From an uncultured Clostridia bacterium (GTDB lineage Bacteria; Bacillota; Clostridia; Christensenellales; UBA1242), in contig CALWGY010000001.1 of assembly GCA_944380265.1 (NCBI GenBank), positions 229,697 to 293,696 on the forward strand: 64,000 nucleotides of DNA, given 5' to 3'. The position numbers were made by a program, and so were the translations under genes. This document shows positions 26,097-34,814 of this stretch, piece by piece. Numbering within the stretch: position 1 is the first letter of the stretch; every line of letters starts with the position of its first letter. Under the pieces are notes generated by a model. The model was not told the origin of the DNA. It saw nothing but the letters and a program-made list of their open reading frames with translations, and searched no databases.

Positions 26097-26183
26097 TGGT
26101 GCCGAAGACCGGACTTGAACCGGTACGATGTTGCCACCGCAGGATTTTAAGTCCTGTGCGTCTGCCTATTCCGCCACTTCGGC
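26097..26183 (-). tRNA. tRNA-Leu (anticodon UAA), CCA encoded
   Basis: Minus strand reads GCCGAAG...CAGGA-CTTAAAA-TCCTG...long variable arm...GGTTCAAGTCC...CTTCGGCACCA. The cloverleaf was drawn by hand. Confidence 0.9.
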
Positions 26184-26191
26184 ATATAAAT

Positions 26192-26266
26192 TGGAGGCAC
26201 CGTCCAGATTCGAACTGGAGCATAAAGGTTTTGCAGACCTTGGCCTTACCGCTTGGCTACGGTGCC
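26192..26266 (-). tRNA. tRNA-Cys (anticodon GCA), CCA encoded
   Basis: Minus strand reads GGCACCG...AAGGT-CTGCAAA-ACCTT...AGTTCGAATCT...CGGTGCCTCCA. Confidence 0.9.
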
Positions 26267-26323
26267 ATTACTCTTTTAATCTTAACGAACCTAAATCGGC
26301 TTTTCCTTTTGTTAAAAATAAAA

Positions 26324-26398
26324 TGGAGCGGAGGACGGGATTTGAACCCGCGACATTCGCCTTGGCAAGGCGACGCTCTACCGCTGAGCCACCCCCGC
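26324..26398 (-). tRNA. tRNA-Gly (anticodon GCC), CCA encoded
   Basis: Minus strand reads GCGGGGG...TCGCC-TTGCCAA-GGCGA...GGTTCAAATCC...CCTCCGCTCCA. Confidence 0.9.
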
Positions 26399-26422
26399 AT
26401 AATTTAATGCCATAAAAATAAA

Positions 26423-26498
26423 TGGTGGGAGTTATAGGGCTCGAACCTATGACCTCCTGCTTGTAAGGCAGATGCTCTCCCAACTGAGCTAAACTCCC
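26423..26498 (-). tRNA. tRNA-Val (anticodon UAC), CCA encoded
   Basis: Minus strand reads GGGAGTT TAGCTCAGTTGGGAGAGC ... CTGC-CTTACAA-GCAG ... GGTTCGAGCCC ... AACTCCCACCA. Confidence 0.9.
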
Positions 26499-26555
26499 AT
26501 CCTTGAATATGCTGTGAAAATTTAAACTTGCTAAGTAAGTTGCCTTGCGTACCTA

Positions 26556-26590
26556 AAGGCAGATGCTCTCCCAACTGAGCTAAACTCCCA
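26556..26590 (-). pseudogene. duplicated 5' half of tRNA-Val (truncated at the anticodon)
   Basis: 35 nt are identical to 26465-26499: one flanking nt plus tRNA positions 1-34, ending just before the anticodon. No T-arm or 3' acceptor strand follows. Confidence 0.8.
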
Positions 26591-26648
26591 CATCAATAAT
26601 ATTATTTTGTTAACGCTAATAAACCAATGTTTTATTGAACGCTCTTAT

Positions 26649-26677
26649 AATATACCAAAACATTTAAAAAAAATCAA
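26649..26677 (-). promoter_or_regulatory. sigma-A-type promoter of the tRNA operon
   Basis: Minus strand reads TTGATT (26677-26672), a 17-nt spacer, then TGgTATATT (extended -10, 26657-26649). Confidence 0.6.
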
Positions 26678-26916
26678 CAATTTTTATTAAAAAAAATATT
26701 ATTTTTTAATATTATTTTTTTTGTTTATTTTATTAATAAATTTATGATTGAAAGCAATTAAAATGTTACACATTTTTTTGTGTTTTTAACAGAAACTTTG
26801 TTGATTTTTTGAATGGAACTTATAAACCCAACAAATTAACTCATAAAAAAATAAAAAAACTCAAAAACGAAATTATTTCTGAGTTTTTAATTGATTTTAT
26901 GTTATATTAAATTGGC

Positions 26917-28584
26917 TTATTCTAGGCTTATAATGTAATAATAAACCGGTTGACCACCCGAAAGCAAAGTAATGTCGCAATCAGGATATTTTTCTTCTAA
27001 TCTTGCTTGAAGATTTTCAGCTTCTTCTTGTTTGATGTCTTTGCCATAGAAAAGTGTTATGTTAACAATGTCTTCTGTTTTGATTTTTTCAATTAAATCT
27101 ATTGTTGTGTCGTTAACAAGCAAGCCTTTTGCTAAAATGTTGTTATCATCAAGCCCAATAATGTCGCCTTGATTTAGGTCAAAACCATCAACATGTGTTG
27201 TTCTTACTGCATATGTTACTGATGCAGATTTAACACTTTCTTTGCTGTTTGTCATGTTTTCAACATTTTCTTCGGCTGTTGCATCAGGATTGAAAGCAAG
27301 TGCCGCTGAAACACCTTCTGGAACAGATTTTGTTGGTATTACATGAACAATTTTTTTGGTTAATTCTTTTGCTTGTTGAGCAGCAAAAATTATGTTTTTG
27401 TTGTTTGGTAAAACAAAAACTTCTTTTGCTTGAACTTTGTCACATGCTTTGGCAATGTCATCGGCACTTGGGTTCATGGTTTGTCCACCCTCAATTATTG
27501 CATCAACCAAAATGTCATTAAACACTCCTGCAATTCCATCGCCTGGTGCAACTGCAACCATGCCAAATTGTTTCAAATTTGCCATTGCTTGTGTGCGTTG
27601 ACGCTTTAATTCGCGGTTTTGTTCAAGCATATTTTCAATTTTTAAATTAATTAATTCGCCAAGTTCTAATGCAAAACCTAGGGCTTTGTTTGGTTCGTTT
27701 GTGTGAACGTGAACCTTAACAAGTTCAAGGTCGCCAATGCAAACAACACAGTCGCCAATTGTCATTAAAAACTCACGTAACTTGTCAATGTCGGAAACAG
27801 TGGTTTTCTTTTTCATGTGGGTAACCATGAATTCTGTGCAATATGCAAACTCAATGTCGCCCAAATTTTCAAGATTTATAATGTAATCGTTGCTATCGGA
27901 AGAAAATTGTTGAGATGCACTTTGTGGTTGGGCACCCATTTCTTCTTCAATGCTAATGTCAATATCTTCACCAAGAAGCATTTTTTGCATTCCTGTGAAA
28001 ATAACAATTAAACCACGACCACCAGCATCAACAACGCCGGCTTTTTTAAGCACAGGCAACATTTCTGGTGTTTGTTGCAAAATTGCTTCACCATCAGTTA
28101 AAATAATTTCAAAAAATTGTTCGAAATCACTAACCTTTTTTGCTGCCTTTAATGCTGTTTCAGCCATAATTCTGATAACAGTTAAAATTGTTCCTTCCTT
28201 TGGAACAGTTACGGCTTTGTATGCTACTTGTGCCCCTTCGTTTAGTGCTTTTGCAAACATTTTTGTTGTAAGTTCGGTTTCACACTTTGCAACTTCGGTT
28301 GAAATACCTTTTAAAATTTGTGACAAAATAACACCCGAGTTTCCACGAGCACCACGCAAAGCACCTTTACTTAAAGCGTTTGAAATTGCAGCAAAAGAAC
28401 TGTCTGGACAGTTGTTAATTTCTCTTACCGCACTATTAAATGTTAAACTCATGTTTGTGCCAGTGTCACCATCTGGAACTGGAAAAACATTAAGTGAATC
28501 TACGAATTTTTTGTTGTTTTCTAATACCTTAGCACCTGCAATAATCATTTTGCGGAATAGTGTGCTATTAATAGTCTTTTGCAT
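26917..28584 (-). CDS. DAK2 domain-containing protein (YloV family)
   Basis: 555-aa ORF with DAK2 motif VPDGDTGTNM and a YloV-type C-terminal domain. It follows an Asp23-family gene, as yloU-yloV do in Bacillus. Confidence 0.85.
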   Translation of the reverse strand: MQKTINSTLFRKMIIAGAKVLENNKKFVDSLNVFPVPDGDTGTNMSLTFNSAVREINNCPDSSFAAISNALSKGALRGARGNSGVILSQILKGISTEVAKCETELTTKMFAKALNEGAQVAYKAVTVPKEGTILTVIRIMAETALKAAKKVSDFEQFFEIILTDGEAILQQTPEMLPVLKKAGVVDAGGRGLIVIFTGMQKMLLGEDIDISIEEEMGAQPQSASQQFSSDSNDYIINLENLGDIEFAYCTEFMVTHMKKKTTVSDIDKLREFLMTIGDCVVCIGDLELVKVHVHTNEPNKALGFALELGELINLKIENMLEQNRELKRQRTQAMANLKQFGMVAVAPGDGIAGVFNDILVDAIIEGGQTMNPSADDIAKACDKVQAKEVFVLPNNKNIIFAAQQAKELTKKIVHVIPTKSVPEGVSAALAFNPDATAEENVENMTNSKESVKSASVTYAVRTTHVDGFDLNQGDIIGLDDNNILAKGLLVNDTTIDLIEKIKTEDIVNITLFYGKDIKQEEAENLQARLEEKYPDCDITLLSGGQPVYYYIISLE

Positions 28585-28626
28585 TATAACTCCTTTTAAC
28601 TAACCAACGAACGCACATGAAAAAAA

Positions 28627-28977
28627 CTAGACTCTAACACCAACAACATTAACATTAACAGAGTCTATAATCATTCCTGTGAACTGCTCTAAACCATATT
28701 TTACAGATTTTTTTAAACTGTCGGCAACTGCACCAATTGACACACCATATTTTAAAATGACATATAGGTCAACATAAATACGGTTGTTAACTGTTAAAAT
28801 TTTTATGCCTTTGCTTAAAGTTTGTTTTTTAAATAACCCAGAAAAACTATCAGTTAACTTGTTGTTAACCAAATCAACAACACCATAACAATCACGAGCA
28901 ATGTATCCAGTTACAATGGCAATTGCTTCGTTAGAAATGGTAATATTACCATAGGCGTTACTTGTTTTAACTGACAT
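28627..28977 (-). CDS. Asp23/Gls24 family envelope-stress protein (YloU-like)
   Basis: MSVKTSNAYGNITISNEAIAIVTGYIARDCYGVV is typical of the family. ATG 28977 is preceded by AGGAG. The ORF-track start adds 24 residues. Confidence 0.8.
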   Translation of the reverse strand: MSVKTSNAYGNITISNEAIAIVTGYIARDCYGVVDLVNNKLTDSFSGLFKKQTLSKGIKILTVNNRIYVDLYVILKYGVSIGAVADSLKKSVKYGLEQFTGMIIDSVNVNVVGVRV

Positions 28978-29202
28978 TTTTTCTCCTAATAATTTTATTA
29001 ATTTTTTTGACACATTAATTTTTAGTATTTTAAAAATTAAAGTTGCCAAAATGTATGAAGAAAAGTTCTACATACCTTTTATATATTACATTATAACCTT
29101 AAAAAAGTAAACAATTTTATTTGAATTTGTGTTTTATGGCTAATTATTAGTTAAAATTACTTACAATAATTTATTAATTGTTATTTTTTTTGAAAAATAT
29201 TG

Positions 29203-29231
29203 TTGCATAGTTATGGTTTATTTGATATAAT
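29203..29231 (+). promoter_or_regulatory. sigma-A-type promoter of rpmB
   Basis: TTGCAT (29203-29208), a 17-nt spacer, then TATAAT (29226-29231) with TG at -15/-14. Confidence 0.6.
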
Positions 29232-29262
29232 ACAATGCAGTTTAAATTTAACGGAGGTTATT

Positions 29263-29448
29263 ATGCCAAAAGTATGTTATATTTGTGGAAAAGGTAAAGT
29301 TTCTGGCAATCAAGTTAGCCATTCTCATATTGCAACTAAGCGTACTTGGAGTGCAAATTTACAAAAGAAAGCTATTGAGGTTGATGGAAAACCAGAAAAA
29401 AAATACATTTGCACAAAATGTTTAAAAACTTTAAAGAAAGAAGACTAA
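29263..29448 (+). CDS. rpmB: 50S ribosomal protein L28
   Basis: MPKVCYICGKGKVSGNQVSHSH. ATG 29263 lies 5 nt after GGAGG. The ORF-track TTG 29200 start is an upstream extension. Confidence 0.9.
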   Translation: MPKVCYICGKGKVSGNQVSHSHIATKRTWSANLQKKAIEVDGKPEKKYICTKCLKTLKKED

Positions 29449-29460
29449 TTATTAAAAAAT

Positions 29461-29485
29461 AAGGAGATAACCTCCTTTTTTTTAT
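29461..29485 (+). terminator. rho-independent terminator of rpmB
   Basis: Hairpin AAGGAG-ATAAC-CTCCTT followed by TTTTTTT. Confidence 0.75.
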
Positions 29486-29645
29486 TTTTATTTAAAATTT
29501 AATAAGTTTAAGACACCAATTTTTTAAATATAAATTTTAAAATTGGACTTAAAAATTTTGGACACTTAAAACAATAAATTCGCAAAACCCTTTTCCACCT
29601 CCGAGCGCTTTTATTATGTTTATATGAAAAAACACAAATTTTAGT

Positions 29646-29672
29646 TAAAAAAAGGCATGATTATTTCATGCT
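29646..29672 (-). terminator. rho-independent terminator after rpe
   Basis: Hairpin GCATGA-TTATT-TCATGC (29655-29671), flanked by a 7-nt A-run and a T-run, so it may work in both directions. Confidence 0.65.
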
Positions 29673-29759
29673 TTTTTTGTTTTTATGGTTTAATTTTGTG
29701 CTTAGTTTTTTATTGATTAATACAAAGCAATTTAAAATTTAATTGCGAACCTTAGCAAC

Positions 29760-30422
29760 TTATTTTGTTATGTTTTTAATGTTTTTTATAAACAGTGCCC
29801 TGTTTTTTTGCTTGTAAACCGCATTACCCATAACAACAATGTCGGCACCAGCTTTGTAAACTTTTGCTACATTTTCTTCGTTAATTCCGCCATCAACTTC
29901 AATTTTTATGTTATATTGCTTTTCGGTTATAACCTTTTTTAAATATTCAATTTTGGTAAGTGTTCCATCAATAAATTTTTGTCCGCTAAGCCCTGGCTCC
30001 ACACTCATAACAAGCACAAGATCACAAAGTGGCAAAAACCTTTCAATTTCGGAAATTGAAGTGTTCGGCTTAACACTTATGCCTGCCATTATTTTTTTCT
30101 TTTTTATTTCATTTAACAAATAAAACAAATTTGTTTTGTTCTTAAAACTTTCGTAATGAACAGTTATAATTGTTGGCTTGGATTTATAGTATTCTTTCCA
30201 AACCTGAATTGGGTTGGAAACCATTAGGTGAACATCAAGTGCAATTGTGGAATTCTCACTTACTTCATACAATTTTTTTGCACTTAAACATTTGTTTTCA
30301 ACAAAATTACCATCCATAACATCGCAATGCAAAAAATCGGCATCGGTTTGCTCTAAGGTTTTAACGTAATTTATTAAATCTTCTTCCCGTTCTGGGTTTG
30401 TGCTTGGTGCAATTTTAATCAT
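29760..30422 (-). CDS. rpe: ribulose-phosphate 3-epimerase
   Basis: 220-aa ORF with LHCDVMDG, DVHLMV, MSVEPG and VDGGI motifs. Confidence 0.9.
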   Translation of the reverse strand: MIKIAPSTNPEREEDLINYVKTLEQTDADFLHCDVMDGNFVENKCLSAKKLYEVSENSTIALDVHLMVSNPIQVWKEYYKSKPTIITVHYESFKNKTNLFYLLNEIKKKKIMAGISVKPNTSISEIERFLPLCDLVLVMSVEPGLSGQKFIDGTLTKIEYLKKVITEKQYNIKIEVDGGINEENVAKVYKAGADIVVMGNAVYKQKNRALFIKNIKNITK

Positions 30423-31284
30423 AAACTTTATCCCACTTTTGTTTTAGTTGTTTTAGAAGTTGTGTGTATCGGTTGTAACGTTCCAAATTAATTTTGCCAT
30501 TATTTACAGCATTTATAACTTCACAACCAACTTCAGTTGTGTGTGTGCAATTGTTAAATTTGCATTTATAATTTTCAAACTCTGGATAGTAATATGGCAA
30601 ATCGGAAAATTTAAAATTTAGTTCCAACATGCTAAAACCCGGCGTGTCGGCAATTAAAATGTTGTTTTCCAAAACAAAAATTGTGCATTCTCTTGTTGTA
30701 TGTTTTCCGCGTTCAACTTTTTTGCTTAAAATGTTTGTTGCTTGGTTAATTTGTGGGTCAATTGCATTTAGCAAACTGCTTTTTCCAACCGCACTTTGAC
30801 CTGCAAAAACGCTTGTTTTGTTTTGCAACACACTTTTTAATTCTTGAATGTTGTTTTGTTTTAAAGCACTAACAACAATAATTTTTTTAACAACTTGTTC
30901 AAACTGTTCCTTTAAGTCTTCAATTTGTTGTGACGAAGTTATGTCGCTTTTGTTTATTACCAAAATTGGTTCGATGTTGTTAATAAAACAGTTAATAATT
31001 AATTTGTCAACCAACATTAAATCTGGTTTTGGAACAGGCGAAACAACAATTAACAGCTGGTCAATGTTTGTAACTTTTGGCCTTATTAGTTCATTTTTAC
31101 GTGGCAAAACCTTAGTAATTACATAGTTATTACTAAATTCATCTTTTTTTATTTCCACATTGTCGCCCACCAAAATTCTGCCTTGCTTTTTTAAGTTGCC
31201 AAGTGGAACTGCGTTAAAAAACTGATTATTTGAATAAACTTGAAATTGGTTTGAAACCCCTTTAACAATTTTGCCTAAAATGAT
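30415..31284 (-). CDS. rsgA: ribosome small-subunit-dependent GTPase A (non-AUG start upstream of the ORF-track start)
   Basis: Circularly permuted GTPase motifs NKSD, GQSAVGKSSL and DTPGF, plus Zn knuckle CKFNNCTHTTEVGC. The frame stays open upstream of TTG 31173 and encodes GKIVKGVSNQFQVY...GRILVGD, which matches the RsgA OB-fold N-terminus. The only starts after the in-frame TAA (31290-31288) are ATC 31284 and ATT 31281, 6 and 9 nt after AAGGAG. Confidence 0.8.
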   Translation of the reverse strand: MILGKIVKGVSNQFQVYSNNQFFNAVPLGNLKKQGRILVGDNVEIKKDEFSNNYVITKVLPRKNELIRPKVTNIDQLLIVVSPVPKPDLMLVDKLIINCFINNIEPILVINKSDITSSQQIEDLKEQFEQVVKKIIVVSALKQNNIQELKSVLQNKTSVFAGQSAVGKSSLLNAIDPQINQATNILSKKVERGKHTTRECTIFVLENNILIADTPGFSMLELNFKFSDLPYYYPEFENYKCKFNNCTHTTEVGCEVINAVNNGKINLERYNRYTQLLKQLKQKWDKVYD

Positions 31285-32573
31285 TTTTTACTCCTTGAAC
31301 TTTTAGTTACATTTTTGTTTGTATTTTTTGTTTTGTTTTGACTTGAATTTTTATTTAAACTTTTGCTAGTTTTGTTTGATTTTGATAAAAAACTTTTATT
31401 ATTTTTTTGGTTTAATTTGTTTTTTGCATAGTTTTTGTTTTTATTTTCATTAAACCCTGTGTTTTTGGCTTTGTTGCTAGCATTTTTTGATGTTTGCAAA
31501 GTAGTTGAATTTTTTTGTTTTTCAACAATTTTGGTTGAATTTTGTTTAAGTTCCTTGTTTCTAAGCTGTCCACAAGCACCATCAACATCATCACCCAAAC
31601 TTTTTCTGATAGTTGCGCTTATGCCAAACTTTTTTAGTTCCCTTAAAAATGCGTTTGTTTTTGCTTCGGAAACACCATAAAGACCACGTTCCTTAACTTC
31701 GTTTAGCGGAATTAAATTAACTTTTGGGTTTAATTCAGCCAAAAGTTCTGCCAATTCCCTTGCATGCTTAGTTTCGGAGTTAACACCACTTATTAGTGCA
31801 TATTCAATGTAAATTTTTCGGTTTGTTATGGTTGTGTAATATTTAGCTGATTCAAGAACACTTTCAATGGAAAAACTTTTTGCAACAGGCATAATTTGTT
31901 TTCTTATTTCGTTGTTTGGTGCATGAAGCGAAATTGCAAGGTTAATGTTTAGTCCTGTGTCGGCAAGTTTTTCAATTTTTGAAGGAATGCCACAAGTTGA
32001 AAGTGTTATGTTTCTAACAGAAAAGTTAAATCCGCCATCATCGGTTACAAGTTTTAAAAACTTAACAACATTATCAAAATTATCAAGTGGTTCACCCGAA
32101 CCCATAAGCACCAAATTTGTAAGCTTTCGGTCGGTTACTGAGCCACCAAGCCAAGTGTTAACTGCAACAACTTGCCCCAAAATTTCGCCTGCTGTTAGGT
32201 TTTTAACAAAACTTAATCCGCTAGCACAAAACGCACAATTCATTTTGCAACCAACTTGCGTGCTAACACACAAAGTGTTTCCGTAACTGTGCTTCATTAA
32301 CACACCTTCAATTAGGTTGTTATCGTTAAGTTTAAATAAAAACTTAACAGATTTGTCGTGGCTGGTTACTGTTTTATGAATTTTAACGGCTTGCATTTGA
32401 TAGTTTGCATTAGTTAAATCTGTTAAAAATTGTTGCGGTAAAACAGTGTTATCGCCAAAGTTTTTACCATTTAAAATGGCATTATATAGTTGTTTTGCCC
32501 TAAATTTTGGTTGGTTTAGGTTTAAGGTTATTTGAGTTAATTCTTCTAAATTATAATCTAACAAATTATTCAT
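31275..32573 (-). CDS. rlmN: 23S rRNA/tRNA m2A methyltransferase RlmN with a 92-aa Lys/Asn/Ser-rich C-terminal tail
   Basis: Radical-SAM motif CKMNCAFCAS and catalytic C-terminal GACGQL. The ORF then continues for 92 low-complexity residues. Confidence 0.88.
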   Translation of the reverse strand: MNNLLDYNLEELTQITLNLNQPKFRAKQLYNAILNGKNFGDNTVLPQQFLTDLTNANYQMQAVKIHKTVTSHDKSVKFLFKLNDNNLIEGVLMKHSYGNTLCVSTQVGCKMNCAFCASGLSFVKNLTAGEILGQVVAVNTWLGGSVTDRKLTNLVLMGSGEPLDNFDNVVKFLKLVTDDGGFNFSVRNITLSTCGIPSKIEKLADTGLNINLAISLHAPNNEIRKQIMPVAKSFSIESVLESAKYYTTITNRKIYIEYALISGVNSETKHARELAELLAELNPKVNLIPLNEVKERGLYGVSEAKTNAFLRELKKFGISATIRKSLGDDVDGACGQLRNKELKQNSTKIVEKQKNSTTLQTSKNASNKAKNTGFNENKNKNYAKNKLNQKNNKSFLSKSNKTSKSLNKNSSQNKTKNTNKNVTKSSRSKKSF

Positions 32574-33843
32574 ATCGTACTAATTTCCCTATAAAAAATC
32601 CTTCTGTTTGGCTAATGTGCGGATAAAATGTTTTTAGTCCAAAATTATCTAATGCGTTAACATTAAAAGTGTTAACAGGCTCAATTTTAAAGTTTTTGTT
32701 TAACTTTAAAAACTTGTTTACAACATCTTCGTTTTCTTGTGGCAATATTGTGCAAGTGCTGTAAATTATAAAACCACCCTTTTTAACATATTTTGCATTA
32801 TTATTTAAAATTTGAAGTTGAAGTGTTGGAAGTGAGTCAAACTTTAATTCGTTGTTAATTAAAATGTCTGGCTTTTTGTTAATGACTCCTAGCCCTGAAC
32901 ATGGAACATCTAAAATAACGCAATCAAACTTGTTTTCAAATTCCGGGTTAAACAAAGTTGCATCGTGTTCCATGGTTTTAATGTTTTTAACGCCCATGTT
33001 TGAAGCATATTCTTCTATTAATTTAACACGATGAGCATAAACATCACAAGCAATTACACTGCTTTTTGGATTTAGTGTAGCAACATAAACTGCTTTCCCG
33101 CCTGGTGCAGAACAAGAATCTAAAATATTTTTTCCACCGCAATTTTTTGAAACAATCATGCTTGGAATGCCTTGCGGAGTGTAACACCCATTCAAACTTT
33201 TTTCGCGAACAAGTTTTGAATAATCCACCCAAACAGCATCAGTAAAAACTGACGGAGTAAAGTCGATTTTTAAAGTTTGCAAAGTACTTAAAAAATTGCT
33301 TATTGTTGTTTTTTGTGTGTTAATTCTAACATGCGTTTTTGTGCTTAAATTGTAACTTAAATAATTTTCAACAAAACTTTCATCAAAGTTGTTGAGTAAC
33401 AATTTAACAAACCAAATTGGTTTTGAATATGTTACCGAATAATATTTAAACTTGTCAAATTTGTTTGGATAAACAAAATTTGAAACGCTAATCTTTTTTA
33501 AAGTTGCGTTAATAAACGAAACATATGGTTTAAGTTTTGAATGTTTGGCAATTTCAACAAGTTCAAAAACATATGCAAAATTTGGAATTGAATTTAGTTC
33601 CAACTTTATGTATGCCCCAATTTTTAAAATTAGTTTAACCTGTTTTTTGGGCTGTTTTTTAACAAATTGAGAAATAAAATATTCTAACTTAACATCTTGG
33701 TCCATAACACCATAAACAATTTTAGTGACCAAATTAAAATTTATGGAATCACTAAAATTTTTGTTTAGTTCAATTGAAGCATATGCTCCATTAAAATACA
33801 CATTATTAAGAATGTTAAAAGCCAAGTTTAGTTCTTTATTCAT
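32566..33843 (-). CDS. rsmB: 16S rRNA (cytosine967-C5)-methyltransferase
   Basis: 425-aa ORF with a NusB-like N-domain, SAM fold CSAPGGK, and catalytic DVPCSGLG and YSTCT. Confidence 0.85.
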   Translation of the reverse strand: MNKELNLAFNILNNVYFNGAYASIELNKNFSDSINFNLVTKIVYGVMDQDVKLEYFISQFVKKQPKKQVKLILKIGAYIKLELNSIPNFAYVFELVEIAKHSKLKPYVSFINATLKKISVSNFVYPNKFDKFKYYSVTYSKPIWFVKLLLNNFDESFVENYLSYNLSTKTHVRINTQKTTISNFLSTLQTLKIDFTPSVFTDAVWVDYSKLVREKSLNGCYTPQGIPSMIVSKNCGGKNILDSCSAPGGKAVYVATLNPKSSVIACDVYAHRVKLIEEYASNMGVKNIKTMEHDATLFNPEFENKFDCVILDVPCSGLGVINKKPDILINNELKFDSLPTLQLQILNNNAKYVKKGGFIIYSTCTILPQENEDVVNKFLKLNKNFKIEPVNTFNVNALDNFGLKTFYPHISQTEGFFIGKLVRYE

Positions 33844-33854
33844 TTTTTACCATT

Positions 33855-34814
33855 TTAGTTTTCGTTTAAAATTTGATTGCAAGCAATATGTTTTCCGTTA
33901 AGCAAATTTTTTGTTGGCATAACTTTGCCATTTTCTGCTTGCATTTCGGTTAGTTCAACAAAACCATCTGCACATTTAACAATTAAACCTTGTTTTGGTG
34001 AAGAAACAACAACTTCGCCATTTTTTGCGTTGTTGTTTAGTTTTAAATTTTCAACTTTTTGTTGCTCCACAACTTCGGCACGATAAACTTTAAACCTGCC
34101 TTCAATTGCATTAATTTCACAAATTGGCCAAGGGTTAAGCCCCAAAACAAGGTTTTTAACTTCATTACTTGTTTTGTTAAAATCAATTTTGCTCATTTCT
34201 TTTTTAAGCATTTTGCAAACAGTGGCTTCATTGTGATTTTGTGGAGTGTAAGTTATTGTGCCATTTTCTAACATTGTTAGTGCTTCAATTAAGCATTCTG
34301 CCCCAACAACTTTTAACCTGTCAAAAAGTTCTCCTGCGGTTTCGTTTGGCAAAATTTCAACTGGTCTTTTTAAAATTATATCGCCATCATCCATACCAAC
34401 ATCGCTTTTTAAAATGGTTATTCCTGTTGTTTTTTCGCCGTTAATTACTGCCCACTGAATTGGTGCTGCACCCCTATATTTTGGAAGCAAACTTCCGTGA
34501 ACATTAAACACGCCATGTTTTGATGCTTCCAAAATTTCTTTGCTTAAAATTTGACCATATGCAGCAGTTACAAAAACATCGGCATTCAAGTTTTTAAGTT
34601 CCGTAACGCCATCTCGCCTAATTTTTTCGTATTGTAACACCTTTATGTTGTGTTTTAGCGCTAATTGTTTAACAGGACTAAAAACAACTTTTCCATTTCT
34701 GCCAACAGGCTTGTCGGGTTGTGTTACAACTGCAATAACATTGTGATGGCTTGATATTAATTTTTCAAGTGTTGGCACAGCAAAATCGGGTGTGCCAAAA
34801 AAAACTATTTTCAT
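33855..34814 (-). CDS. fmt: methionyl-tRNA formyltransferase
   Basis: 319-aa ORF starting MKIVFFGTPDFAVPTL, with HGSLLPKYRGAAPIQWA. Confidence 0.95.
   Translation of the reverse strand: MKIVFFGTPDFAVPTLEKLISSHHNVIAVVTQPDKPVGRNGKVVFSPVKQLALKHNIKVLQYEKIRRDGVTELKNLNADVFVTAAYGQILSKEILEASKHGVFNVHGSLLPKYRGAAPIQWAVINGEKTTGITILKSDVGMDDGDIILKRPVEILPNETAGELFDRLKVVGAECLIEALTMLENGTITYTPQNHNEATVCKMLKKEMSKIDFNKTSNEVKNLVLGLNPWPICEINAIEGRFKVYRAEVVEQQKVENLKLNNNAKNGEVVVSSPKQGLIVKCADGFVELTEMQAENGKVMPTKNLLNGKHIACNQILNEN

Noticed and set aside
26096-26483. Three ORFs (103, 95 and 71 aa) across the tRNA cluster
   Set aside because: They are read-throughs of four hand-foldable tRNA genes with proper cloverleaves and encoded CCA ends.
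27950-28603. 217-aa plus-strand ORF
   Set aside because: It is entirely antisense to the well-supported DAK2/YloV gene and has no RBS. Its Ser/Phe/Ile-rich composition is typical of a shadow frame.
29575-29625. GC-rich island (CCCTTTTCCACCTCCGAGCGC) in an AT-rich spacer. On the minus strand it gives GGAGGTGG followed by a possible 24-codon TTG-initiated ORF.
   Set aside because: The putative peptide is short and has no visible conservation signal, and I could draw no stable RNA structure. It could be a remnant. It is noted only because it shares the CCTTTTCCACC-like word with 42474-42486, which is too short to mean anything without a genome-wide count.
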